Assembly (NCBI GenBank): GCA_012026655.1
Contig: JAAILG010001094.1
Coordinates: forward strand, 1 to 64,000
Source: Hydrolagus affinis
Lineage: Eukaryota
Direction of reading: 5' to 3'
Length of the DNA stretch: 64,000 nt
Below are positions 39,801 to 51,000 of the stretch, one piece after another. Every line of letters starts with the position of its first letter. The stretch's first letter is position 1. The notes beneath the pieces were generated by a model that saw only the letters and a program-made list of their open reading frames with translations, was not told the origin of the DNA and did no database searches. The translations under genes and the position numbers were made by a program.

Positions 39801-42800
39801 AGTGCGTACAGAAATGACAGATAAAATATTTCTTTAAAAAATATTCCGCCCAAAACAAACATGCAGGGAAGATTACGACAAGTGAGTGGGCGATAGCCAT
39901 GGGATCTGTGCTCCATTTAGACCTCCCTTGGAGGACTCTGCGCCCTCGAATGGTCCGATTGGTGGATGGTGCGAATGTGCAATACCTTTCGAGCTTCGAA
40001 AACCTTCAGATTGAACAGCCCATGAAAGAAGTAAGATTATGTTGTGAAATTATAGGTTTACAAGATTGCAATTCAACAAATAATTATATGTAACTTAACT
40101 CATCCTTGGGGAAATTCTAAACTAACCGTACACATTGTTTACAGTAATCATACTGCGTGTCTGGACTGAAAAAGAATAAAATTGTATATAATCATTCTTG
40201 CATCAGAATCTTGTAAAACCATTAACAATTTGCAACATGCTGAAACTGAATCACAAATGATATCCTTGTTCACAGATCAAAGCTCAAAACGCATAACTGT
40301 GTGCCCTAGTGCTTGCCTAGTTGAAATGAATGCTACTTTAGAATGAGGCAGTGTAGTCTGCCTTAGAACTGGAAATGTGTCTGATTGTCTACAACTGCAA
40401 TATATAGTCTCAATCCCAAACTGAGGCGATGAACATCAAAAACGGATTTGAGAATTGACATTCATGCTACACTTGTGGACAATTGGACACATTTCCAGTT
40501 CAAAGGGATAATGGATCCTGTGAGGATTAATGAACATTCTGGTCTTTTACTTTATTACCTTTTGGGATCAGGGAATATTTATACATCCGTTTTCATCAGG
40601 AGAAATAAATGAGTGGAATAGACTGGTTAGATTGTATATGGTCTATAGAAAGAGGAAGCCAAAATGCCCAAACTCATTCTATCCTATTTCCTATTGTTCT
40701 TATTACTTTAAGGTAGTCGGGGCAGTGACATCCTGAGCAGTCCCACCAATTCCATATGATCTTTGGTCTGGGTGTAGTGATGGATGCCATAGTCATCTTA
40801 TAAGATATGCCACTGTATTTAGCAATATCGTGGAAACAGGGAATTTGACATGCAGAATTGTTTTCTTTCACTCTTGCCTTACATTATGAAGTTTTAATGA
40901 GTTGGGGAAAAGTACTGATGGTGCTTATGTAAAACACTGAGAAAAGATGACTTTTATGAACGGTGAATACATATAAACCCCTGCAAGATCATGCTCTGCC
41001 CGACATTTACCAATAGTAAATTGTATAAAAATATACATCCACAGTAATGAGAATCTGTCAATCAAATGAAGAAAGGTTGAATTGTGTTGACAATTATCAT
41101 TGTGATCCTGCAGGCTCAGCCAAGCTTAATAGAATCCATGTACAGGCATCGGGCAGACCTACAGATCATTTTTAGCATGATTGATAAGGATCATTCAGGT
41201 AATTATTTTCTTGGATTGTATTTGATATTGATATATTTATTGAAATAATATTTAAGAGCTTTTCAATGGCTATGTTGATAAATCTGATGCTGGATAGACA
41301 GTTGGAGGAGAAAGGAATTGTGTCCAAAGTTGTTCTCCCAAAATGATGAAATTATGATTTTTAAAATGTTGCACCAATCATTGGCAATATCAATCATTAC
41401 CTTGTATGCTTGAATGGAACAATGTAAAGCAGCAACTATATTTATACTTCTTGCTCTACATCAAATTGGTTGGGAACATTAAATCTAACACCAGGTTCTG
41501 CATGTGAGCAATGATAAATAATTATAAGAATAATAATCATTGCATTTGATGTATTGCCTTGTCAAATCATCAGAAGGTTTCAAAGTGTTTCAAAGGAATG
41601 ACTATAAAGCGTATTCACTGTGTATTTGCCGGTGAACTAAACACATGTTCAGAAACCTGATATTGGGTGCTAGGTATGTTTAATGTTATTATAGAACCAG
41701 GTACAAAACCTGTGGTTTAATAACAGTAATAAAGGTGCCTTTAAAGTTCTTGAGCTGGTCACTTGAAAGGTTTTAATGAAGCATTTTAGAGTGGAACCCA
41801 AGCTCGATTTCCACCCAGTGGATTTATACTGTAGCACTTTGAATTAAGGTGAAAATCTGTACACTATAAATATTTCAGTAACTTAAAAATGATTTACATA
41901 CATGTTACTATTCACGAAAAAGGCAGTAAATGTCCTTTTATATGGGCAAGAAAATTAAACTGAAGAGAACTGCGAAAACAGTAACTATGGCAACATTTTT
42001 GCAGCTACAAAAGCGGCTGTTTATTTTAGGATGATTGTGAATCACAGCATCCCAATTATTCAAGCAAAATATTATTGGAATAAACCTACTGATTCTTGCA
42101 CCTGAAACTTTTGTTTGCAGTCAATGCGAATGCATTGGTCAGACTTGTCTCGGTGCAATCTCCTCATCTATGTTTTAGTGAACACATTTATCAATTTATC
42201 TATGAATTGAGCACTTACAATTCCTAATACTTGGACTAAATGGCAGCTTCTCTTTAACGAGATTTGAGTCTTCTCTTCCAAACATGATGATGGGGATACA
42301 CAGCTGTAGCCAGTTATCAACCTTCCAGATGACCTTGTAAGCCAAAAATACCAGTTAGCACAGCTTCTTTAAAACTCCCCTGGGCCAAGATCCAGAACTG
42401 CTCTTGCCACAGTTGGTTCATGTTCATGTTATGTGAAAGATATTCGGCTAAGATATTTCAAACATCTGTTTTGTCTGAAGACCACTCTGTTATTGTTCCA
42501 AGTCTGAAATTATTGCAGGTAGCTTTTGAGCGTGGCTTCTGACAATCACTAGGGAAAAAAACTTTTACGGCATTAAGGTCAAACAAACAAACCTTGTCCT
42601 TTTGAGAGTTTGCAGTGAAGTTATTGACCAAAATGTGAGATCTATTCTGTGTGATAGAATATTCAATCAATATTGTGTCAACCGTACATTCTGCTTCACT
42701 CCCTAATGTAATGAATTTATCGCAATGTACAGTACTTACAATTAACTAATTACATTTCAACGATGAGTAAGATTGCATTTGAATATTAAATTGTAATATA

Positions 42801-43255
42801 AATGAATATGACATATTATTATGTGTTATTATAAGCACACGTAAGCAAAATCAATATCTTTAAGTATTTAAAGAGAAACTATTTAAAAGCATTCAGGGGA
42901 AGAGCAGGTAATTGGGTACATAAATGCCACGGAGGAACGAAAACTGGAATATCTTTGCTGGGCTGGATGTGACCTTGTGTGTTGTAATTTCTATGATTCA
43001 ATGTGTCATTAGCAAACAGTAAACGCTCAACATTGAATAAGAATTTGTCACTTTTGTGCAGGGTTGATCTCCATTGAAGAATTCCGCCAGACCTGGAAAC
43101 TTTTCTGTTCACATTTGCACGTAAACACCAATGACCAGTCCATTGATGACTTTGCTCGGAGCATTGACTTCAACAAGGACGGCAACATAGATTTCAATGA
43201 ATTTCTAGAGGCATTCCGTTTGGTATATAAGTGTGACCAAAAGGATAGTAACTAA
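20093..43255 (+). CDS. PPEF1: Serine/threonine-protein phosphatase with EF-hands 1 (rdgC family), complete, 16 coding exons, 737 aa
   Basis: Exons: 20093-20147, 25265-25392, 26758-26818, 29106-29281, 30002-30116, 31272-31318, 32081-32247, 33403-33439, 34974-35123, 36446-36844, 36983-37168, 37307-37449, 37616-37722, 39867-40030, 41114-41198, 43062-43255. All introns are GT-AG and the total is 2214 nt in frame. N-terminal MGCGTS acylation motif, IQ motif, PPP motifs GDLHG/GDFVDRG/RGNHE/HGG/RSHE and C-terminal EF-hands. Position between RS1 and PHKA2 supports PPEF1 over PPEF2. Confidence 0.93.
20345..20822 (-). mobile_element. L2 LINE 3' fragment
   Basis: Translates [45 protein letters not shown], followed by the L2 3' tail. 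Confidence 0.9.
20825..20940 (+). mobile_element. Penelope-like element remnant with degenerate hammerhead motif
   Basis: TTGACAAAGGGTCATGAACCCGAAAC followed by CTGCTGAGTGTTCCCAGC...AGATTTCCAGCATCTGCAGTATTTTGC, which I recognise from memory as a chondrichthyan Penelope-type terminal repeat. Confidence 0.5.
21833..22110. mobile_element. hAT-Charlie-type MITE (278 bp)
   Basis: Terminal inverted repeats CACTGGTTCCCAAC and GTTGGAAACCGCTG. Imperfect 8-bp target-site duplication GTCTACCG / GTCTAGTG, close to the NTCTAGAN Charlie preference. Confidence 0.75.
22543..22850 (-). mobile_element. Full-length young SINE
   Basis: Complete reverse complement of the family consensus with intact A and B boxes. 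Confidence 0.92.
23950..24595 (-). mobile_element. L2 LINE 3' fragment
   Basis: Translates [43 protein letters not shown] with frameshifts, plus the L2 tail. Confidence 0.9.
25265..25392 (+). CDS. PPEF1: PPEF1 exon 2 (IQ motif)
   Basis: (V)[42 protein letters not shown], flanked by AG and GT. Confidence 0.95.
26047..26661 (+). mobile_element. Tigger/pogo-type (MER6-like) non-autonomous DNA transposon
   Basis: TA|CAGGTAG...TTAACGTTG...TTTCGTT at the left end and CGTTTCGCTTAAAGTCGCA...GAGGAATAATTG|TA at the right end, with TA target-site duplications. A related inverted copy lies at 56372-56586. Confidence 0.7.
26758..26818 (+). CDS. PPEF1: PPEF1 exon 3
   Basis: [20 protein letters not shown], tttacag|...|gtgagt. 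Confidence 0.9.
27944..28242 (-). mobile_element. Full-length young SINE
   Basis: Complete reverse complement of the family consensus. Confidence 0.92.
29106..29281 (+). CDS. PPEF1: PPEF1 exon 4
   Basis: ...[35 protein letters not shown]. Confidence 0.93.
29303..29603 (+). mobile_element. Full-length young SINE
   Basis: A and B boxes, body and (ATT)n tail. Starts about 22 nt after the exon 4 donor. Confidence 0.9.
30002..30116 (+). CDS. PPEF1: PPEF1 exon 5
   Basis: [38 protein letters not shown](G). Confidence 0.95.
31272..31318 (+). CDS. PPEF1: PPEF1 exon 6 (GDLHG motif)
   Basis: (G)[15 protein letters not shown]. Confidence 0.95.
32081..32247 (+). CDS. PPEF1: PPEF1 exon 7 (GDFVDRG, RGNHE)
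   Basis: [55 protein letters not shown](R). Confidence 0.97.
32568..32935 (+). mobile_element. Young SINE, long variant
   Basis: tRNA head, central insert CTGTTTACCCAACAGTCAGTAGGAAC..., body and tail. Confidence 0.88.
33403..33439 (+). CDS. PPEF1: PPEF1 exon 8
   Basis: (R)[12 protein letters not shown], 37 nt, tttcag|...|gtaagg. Confidence 0.92.
33805..34140 (+). mobile_element. Diverged Deu-domain SINE
   Basis: GTCAGAAGGTTGTGGATTCAAA...GTGCTGCATTGTCAGAGGT...GGACATTAAAGATTCTATGGCACTATTC...TGTCCTGGCCAA plus tail. Confidence 0.7.
34974..35123 (+). CDS. PPEF1: PPEF1 exon 9 (HGG motif)
   Basis: [50 protein letters not shown]. Confidence 0.95.
35780..36135 (+). mobile_element. L2 LINE 3' fragment
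   Basis: Translates [51 protein letters not shown], plus the L2 tail. Confidence 0.9.
36446..36844 (+). CDS. PPEF1: PPEF1 exon 10 (catalytic-domain insert, 133 aa)
   Basis: IKSALRPPK...SIDSDWKQ, tttacag|...|gtgagt, phase 0/0. Confidence 0.9.
36983..37168 (+). CDS. PPEF1: PPEF1 exon 11
   Basis: IIDILWSDP...[19 protein letters not shown]. Confidence 0.97.
37307..37449 (+). CDS. PPEF1: PPEF1 exon 12
   Basis: [47 protein letters not shown](R). Confidence 0.96.
37616..37722 (+). CDS. PPEF1: PPEF1 exon 13
   Basis: (R)[35 protein letters not shown](G). Confidence 0.94.
38220..38730 (-). mobile_element. L2 LINE 3' fragment
   Basis: Translates [41 protein letters not shown]. Closely related to 23950-24595. 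Confidence 0.9.
39867..40030 (+). CDS. PPEF1: PPEF1 exon 14
   Basis: (G)[54 protein letters not shown]. Confidence 0.93.
41114..41198 (+). CDS. PPEF1: PPEF1 exon 15 (EF-hand start)
   Basis: [28 protein letters not shown](G). Confidence 0.94.
43062..43255 (+). CDS. PPEF1: PPEF1 exon 16 (EF-hands, stop)
   Basis: (G)[14 protein letters not shown]...[30 protein letters not shown]. Confidence 0.96.
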
Positions 43256-43391
43256 TATTATGAAGAGAAATCGTGTACAAAGTGTAAATTTTGGTCACGT
43301 TTGTTTTTCATAGAGTACATCACTGTTTAAGGCTAAGGAAAGCTAAAGAAAAACATTATTAACAACTTGTCTGTGTTATACATATTCTTGT

Positions 43392-43397
43392 AATAAA
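43392..43397 (+). terminator. Candidate PPEF1 polyadenylation signal
   Basis: First AATAAA after the stop codon, 137 nt downstream. Confidence 0.4.
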
Positions 43398-45016
43398 TGA
43401 GGAGCCAGTAATCAGATATGTTTCATTTCTTTCTGAAGTCATTTATTTTGCCTGTGTGCTCATTGATTATAGAGAACAACTGCAGGATAAGAAAATGCTG
43501 AAGGCTAATTAATAGATTAAATCCCACATGTAGCAGGCACAGAGAAAATTGTTGTTATAATATAACTAAAAACAAATGAAAAGGATTACAGATTATTATT
43601 TTTTCATATATTTCTGTGATAGATTCTGAGTTCGGAGAAGTATTAGTACTACACCAGCATTTTATTGCTTTCCTACACTCTCTTTTCTCATGTTCTCTTC
43701 AAAACAGTTTTAGGCAGTGCATTCAAGATCAATTGAGTTGAGATTCATTGCAAAGCTAATGGCATCAGACTAAATATTAAACTTCTCTGCCTTGAGTGAA
43801 TCTATTTCCACCAGAGTGATTTCACATAATCTACTTGCTCATATATACATATGTGCCAATGCTGGTCTTCAACAACAGTCATTTTGCTTAACAGTAATCA
43901 CCTGAGATGTTTTGAAAATGATAAGGTGCTATAAAAATACATAATTATTCTTCCTTTCACTGAGGGTTGGTTTTGCACATACCACGGTAATGGGTACCCT
44001 AAATCCAGATGTATCAGGCAATACTGATCACATTTAATTAGAAGGTGTTACATAAACCTGAAAGAAACTATAAACACAACTGGAAATGATGGACAGAAAG
44101 ATTAATGGGCGCTGCAACCAGAGATCCACTGAATTGCAGGCCTGAGAAAGGAAGCGTGCAAAAATCAGGTGGTATAATTTAACACAGAAGTTAAGTAGGC
44201 ATCTCTATTTGAAAGAGAGATGAACTTCATTGAAACTTCATTGAAACCATTTAGAAATAAAATATACGACAGAGAAAAGTCAAGATTAGGACCGTAAGGA
44301 ATTAATTTCTTATTTTAAATGCTTGCTTTTGATTAATCACTTGTTACCTGAAGAAGGTAGAGATTTAGAACTTGTGTATAACATTAAAATAATAAGGATA
44401 ATGCTTACATTTGCTCGTGTGCCTTTCACATTGGGAGGATGTCCCAAAGCGCTTCACAGTATACTTCACAAGTATACTGTAAAGTGTAAAGACTGCATGG
44501 GTTTTATGAGTGAATGCAGCAGCCAATTCGTGCACAGCAATATCTCACAGCCAAAAAGTGATGGTCTGTATTGCACTGAATTCTAGCAACTTCTCTGAAT
44601 TAAGTAGAAATGGTAAAGATCACATTGCTCTCAAACTCAGTTACATTATAAAATGCTCGGGATCTTCAATGCGCAATGAGAATGGTACTTGACTAGATAA
44701 GTATGACCATAGGAGGATCCTAATAAAACATGCGACCCAGCGAGAGAATGCTGGGAGGTGCTGGGGATGTGTTCTTTTATTGCGCAGACACATCTGCACA
44801 GACCAAAAGCAGCTGTGTGAAGGTCTCTGTAGTTTGAACCTTGAAGGTTTAGATCTGCAAACACAAAGGAGGAAAGCGATCCCTAGGTGTGTTGACCTTT
44901 TAAGGGATGCTCCTGGTGTCCTGCAAATACGTACAAACTCTTGTTCGGATTTCGTTTCAACAGATAATCCTCCATCTCTAAGAATTTGTTCTATTATTCG
45001 GTCTCAAGCTTCCCTG

Positions 45017-45068
45017 ATGGGGTCCATCCGAATTGTGTTGACTTTAATCTTGTTCTTCTTTGACAGTG
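45017..45068 (+). CDS. Sushi-EGF gene exon 1 (signal peptide)
   Basis: [17 protein letters not shown](G), donor G|gtaagt. Confidence 0.75.
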
Positions 45069-48000
45069 GTAAGTCACCTCTGTTTTAATCTGCATGTTTT
45101 TAAAAGGTGTTTAAGATTAGGATAAGAATATTTGACAACTCAGCTAAAAAATGTTGAAAGTACATAAACTTTTTTTTTTAAACATCAGCCAGAAGCGAGG
45201 AGGGTAATATATTTTTCATGAAAATATGATAACCATATTTCTATCATATATGTTTGTTATAAACAATCAAACCCAGGTCTCTTGCTTGGGAGGTGAATGC
45301 CCTAACCTCTGAGTTACAGGACTCCACATACGGAAGTTTCTTTACTCCACACATCTCTGTTTACCTATTAGTAATTAGGAGCCCAGTTGTTAGTAGATTG
45401 GCGGATTGGTTTTCCAGTGGGAATAATTCCTTAAAAAAATTAATTTGGTCAATCAATCTACACTATGTGTGGGACACTGCTGTGCGCAATTGCCTGCCAC
45501 GTTCCTTCCACAAAAATATAGTCAATTCACTTTACAGTGTATTCTGTCAAGCACTGTGAAATTTCTGGAAGGCACAATAAGGTGCTATATAAAAAATGCA
45601 AGGATTATTCTTATTATTATAGATAGTAGTCCAATCATCCTCGTTCTTGCCTGGCTTCACTAGCTCCCCATCCCTCAGAGGATTGAGTGCCAAACATTGT
45701 TCTCACCTTCAAAGGCCTCTACCATCTTGCTCCCCCATACGTCTCCGACCTCCTAACCCCATATCAACCTGTCCACTCCCTCCATTCTGCGAACACCAGC
45801 CTGCTTTAGGTGCCCCGTACTTTCTGTTCCATTGTCATGCATTCAGCATCTCTGCCCCCACAGTCTGGAACTCTATCCTGCAATCCCTCTGCCTCATCCA
45901 CTCTCTTGCCTCCTTCAAGTCCCATCTAAAGACTACTTCTTCAACTGTACATTCAGCTACCCTCCTACCCCCACCACCCCTGCGCTCCACTCTCCTGACC
46001 CCACCTCCCAACTCTGGTCCAAAACCCTCTGACTGTCCAGTACCCTGGTACATCTTTCCGACGTGAAGGCCATTATACAAGAGTAGTTTGTTGTTGTTGT
46101 AAATGGGTTGATTCTTCCCCAGGGCTGCCTCTACGCAGTTGCCCAGGCCTGCGCCAGCTATCTAATGGCCGTCTGTTTTTCCGATATGGTGGGATATACG
46201 TGACCTACTTTTGCAATCCTGGCTTTCAACGCTACGGATATCAGACCAGCAGTTGTGTGACTGGCAGGTGGACCCGAGGTCCTCCAGTATGTGTAGGTAA
46301 GTAGAGAGGGGCTGCTTTCCTCAGCTTCCATTACCAAGTGGTCTATCTTCCTGGCTGCCTCATTCCATTTTTTAATTTTTTTCATGCTTTAATATTCTTT
46401 TATTTCTATCTGCTTTCGCTTTCCATCGATGCTTATTTGATTCTTTTTCTTCTTTTTAGTCCTTCCTTTCATACATTGTTTGTGTTTGGGCCTTAATGTG
46501 AAGAAAGATCATTTAACAGGGTGTGCTGTCACCTAGTGGGGGTTTGATGTTAAGCCAAAAAACTGCAAAGAGTTCTGCTAATTCAGGCTTTCTCCCCACA
46601 GCCCATAAACACACATAAGCAAGGGGTAAAAATTCCAATAAGCTTTATAGGCAGCACCTTTGACAATCTGTGATAATAATGGCAAATCCCATTGGTGACA
46701 GTCAATGCCAAAGGCAGTCAAATTTTTATCATTATTTATTAAATAGACCCCTCTAATAAATCACTACATAGTTTCACTGGGGTTCTAATTGGCAAATGGC
46801 AAAGGGGATAAAATGCTGATGCGTCCTATCATCTAATTGTGTTTGAGGGCGACTCCCTGAACCTTGTCTCAGACACCAATTGAGGATAGTATATCTCTGA
46901 GAGCTTGGAATTTCCTTTGCTTGCACTATCGCTCATAGAGGTAGAGCATTGTGCAATCATTGTGGCTCAGCCTCCATCTGGGTACCCACAAAATCTGTGA
47001 GCTACAGACTTTTTTTAAAAAAAATTCCACTGAGAACCATAGTATATTTATCTCATTGCAGCTTCTGGATGCCCGGAATTTGGGACTATTCTGCACGGAA
47101 GCAGGACTTTGAACAAAGACAGCTCTATTGCCAGATTCACTTGTGATTATGGATTTGAACTGTTTGGAACGCCAACTCTCTACTGCAATGGGAAAAAGTG
47201 GAATGGCACCAAGCCTGCTTGTAAAGGTGCAACAATTTCTTGACATTCATACTTCGTTTTGCTTGGGTCCATATTAGGTAAACAGTCAGGTTTGCATATT
47301 CTTAAACATGGTAATCGGGTTCTGCTTGTGTCAACAACAACAACTTAAACTTATAAAGCGCCTTTCACGTCGGGAGGACGTCCCAAGGCGCTGCACAGGA
47401 GGCGTGTGACCCGGGCTGGGAGGGGAATGTTCGGGAAGGGGTGAAACACGTAGGGGAGGTCGAAAAATTCAGGGGGGAACAAAAGGCACAGTTGAAGAGG
47501 AAAGTCTTAAAACCGGCCTTGAAAGAGGAAAGGGAAGAAACCAGACGGAGGGATTGGGGANNNNNNNNNNNNNNNNNNNNNNNNNNNNNNNNNNNNNNNN
47601 NNNNNNNNNNNNNNNNNNNNNNNNNNNNNNNNNNNNNNNNNNNNNNNNNNNNNNNNNNNNTCTTGAACTCGATCCTCTGGAGGATGGGGAGCCAGTGGAG
47701 ACGGGCGAGGGTGGGGGTTATGTGGTCGCGGAGGCGGGTGCGGGATAGTACACGGGCTGCAGAGTTTTGGATGACCTGCAGCCTGTGAATGGAGGAACTG
47801 GGGAGGCCGACGAGGAGAGAGTTTCTGTAGTGCAGCCGTGAGGTGATGTATGCGTGCACGAGTGTTTCGGCAGCGTGGGGGGTGAGGTAGTTGCGGAGCC
47901 TGGCAATATTGCGCAGGTGGAAATAAGCGGTGCCGGTCAAGGCACGGATGTGGGTAGGAAGGAGAGTTTATGGTCGAACGTGATGCCGAGGTTCCTGACT

Positions 48001-51000
48001 GGCTTTGTGAGGTGGAGAGTACAGCCTTGGATGTTGAGGCTGGCAGCGCCCGATGTGCGGAGGCGCTGGCTTGAGCCAATCAGGAGGGCCTCGCTCTTGC
48101 TCACGTTCAATTGGAGGAAGTTGTCCCTCGTCCAGGACTCAATGTCAGACAGACATGAGTCAAATACCCGACTGGAAAATAAATTCTTACACCATATGTG
48201 TGTGTGTAAATCAAACCCTTTTACCTGAAGAGTGTTAGACTTGTGTCTCTGATAGCATGTTATATTATGTGTATGATGGGAATATCACTTCAGATATATT
48301 ATACAATTACAATTTATTTGTTTAAAAATGGGCTTCACACGCATTCTTCTTTCTCCAGAAATAACATTACACTTAAGGTGTCTGCTGGTATGTAAATGTA
48401 AACTGTATCATCTGACAGTTGTGATGATATAGCTGCAGACTCCCTATATTACCAATGTTCCATGCTAATAATAATAATCCTTGCAATTGATATAGCGCTT
48501 TTCACGTCTTCTAGATGTGTCAAAGCTCTTCACAGAATATACTGTAAAGTGAATTGACTTTACAGTAATGTGGGTGAAATGTGGTAATGAATTGTGCACA
48601 ACATTTTCCCACAAACAGTCGTGGATTAAAAATGACCAATTTATTATTGATTTTTTCAAGGGATTATTATCAGGCGTGTGAAGTAAGGAAACTTGCCCAG
48701 GGTATCATCCTGCCTGGAATTTCATCTGAAATTCCTGTGATCTTATGGCTTCTGAAATATTTTATGAACTTGCTATACTTACCTTGAAAATTGTCTTCAA
48801 AGCTATTTAGAGTTTTCTGTTTGAAAATGCAAAACAAGAGGCAATTATAACCGTGTCACTCGATTTATGGAGTTTTGCCCACATATACACAGTCAATTCA
48901 CTTTACAGTATATTCTGTGAAGTGCTTTGAGATATCTAGAAGACGTGAAAAGCACTATATCAAGTGGAAAGATTATTATGATTATTATTATTATCAACTT
49001 ATCAAACGTAACTGATCAAAAAATCTAATAGTTCAAAATAGAGCTGCTTTTATATTTCCTGCCTTACAGTGGAATGATTTTAAATACTCCAGTTAATTCC
49101 CAGTCAGCCATGAAACTCATTTATAATCCTGAGAGAAATTGATTATCTACGAGATGTGGGTTTCAGGAGTTGAGGGAATAATATTACAATCACATGGTAA
49201 TATGGCTTAAATTAAATCTTAGGCTGTTCAGTGAAACTCCACAGCAATGTTTTAGCTGTGAGCAGATTTGAAAAGATTGTTAATACCAATTAAATATTAA
49301 AAGTTGCTAATACCAACAACAACCAGCGTTTATTACGAGCTGCATGTGATTGATGAATACGTTTATATTTTTCATTTCAGAATCTGATCTGATACGGACC
49401 CAACAGAAGACACATTTTGAAACAACTAGATCCACTTTCTTGCCAAACCGAAATAGACCATCATCACTGAAGAAAATATCGGGAAATCTATTTAAACGGC
49501 GGTTTGGTGACACTGCTACACAAACAAATTTTATTAAACATGAGTTCCTGCCAGGGCAAGAGGTTGATGCGGGTACAAGAAGTGTACCAGGCAGAGAGAA
49601 TGTCACTTTAAATCACCTCGTAGTCAACAAGAATACTCACAAAAATAGCCCAGTGAGGGAGGTGCAGGAAAAATCTAACTTGGCTGGAAAGGCTCCATCT
49701 TTTACATCTAGGGAGAGGTTTTCGAACAACAAATCAACAAAGGAAAGATTTAACCATGTGCAAATTCAAACAAATCTAGTAGCTCCATCATCGCCGCCAT
49801 CAGCATCCTCTCCTTCATATTTATCATTCCCAGTGATGCCAAGACTGCCACAACTGCTTTCCACATCAGGGAATCCACCATCCCCATTAGAACCAACAAT
49901 ATTGACACCCTTCACATCACCATTGACACCATCATCATCAACCTCAAATCCACTGCCAATACCTTCCACTACAACAGAGTTACTATCACTATCACTTACA
50001 CCTTCATCAGGGTCATCTAAATCGCTCAGATCTTCGCTGCAAGAGCTTTCAACATCAATACTACAGCGAAATCCCTCCACCCTAACAGAACTTCCCTCAT
50101 CATCACTACCATCCATCTCACCCCCAACATCCTTACTCCGACAGCTTTCAACTCCTTTTCCAAGGGATTCAAACCCAACAGCACTTCCATCCACCCAAAT
50201 ATCTTCCTTAAGGACATTTCCATTCCTTGTGAAAGAAATCTCAGCCTTGCACAGTACCAGGCAACCTCATACTCTTACTCAAAGTGTTGCTGATTTAGCT
50301 TTAGCCAGACCTCACCCAAATGGATGGTTTAGAGAAACAAAGAAACTTGTAGCTGAAAAGCACAGCTTTACTGATGGAGATGAAGATATTGAAGCAGTTA
50401 CAACAAATTTCCAGGGGAAGCAATTATCTTCCAAATATGATCCCAAACAACTACTGTTTAGTTGGATTTTTCCTGAAATGGTCACCATCAATGTGGGACA
50501 TTCAAAGCCAGAAACCTCAGTGAGTGAAGTTGCACTGACCCCACAAGTGTCTACAGGCTCAGCAACCAATGAGTCGTCACCTTCTTTGTCCAAAGATAGA
50601 ACTGTTAAATATACCTTTACTGCAGAAAATGAGACCAGGAACGTCCCCTCTCCTTTCTACTCACTTTTGCATCAATATGAAAAGGAGGAGCTTGTTCCAA
50701 ATGTTAATATGGAAATATCCTTTTCCAGCCTCCCTATTGTTCCTTTTCCAGCAACTGAACTAGTGTCCCCTAAAACGAGAGAAAACCATGAAGACCTCAA
50801 ATTGACGAATCCTTGGTTCAATTCCATCACCACTACAATGTCACCAAACACTGGCACGTCAAATTCCCAAACATACAGAGATATTACATTGCTTGATCCT
50901 AGTGCAAGGGACATTGCCATTGGTACAGAAACTCAATCAAAGATGGATCTAAACAGGCATGAAAATACTGAGCTCTCGATAAAGGCAAGGGGCATGTCAA

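Noticed and set aside
47561-47660. Gap possibly hiding exons of the sushi-EGF gene
   Set aside because: Both flanks are colinear parts of one L2 copy, so the gap is most likely internal to the repeat. A hidden phase-1 exon cannot be strictly excluded.
49766-50194. 142-aa Asp/Gly/Val-rich antisense ORF
   Set aside because: It mirrors the Ser/Pro/Thr codons of the sense-strand mucin-like exon and has no independent coding evidence.
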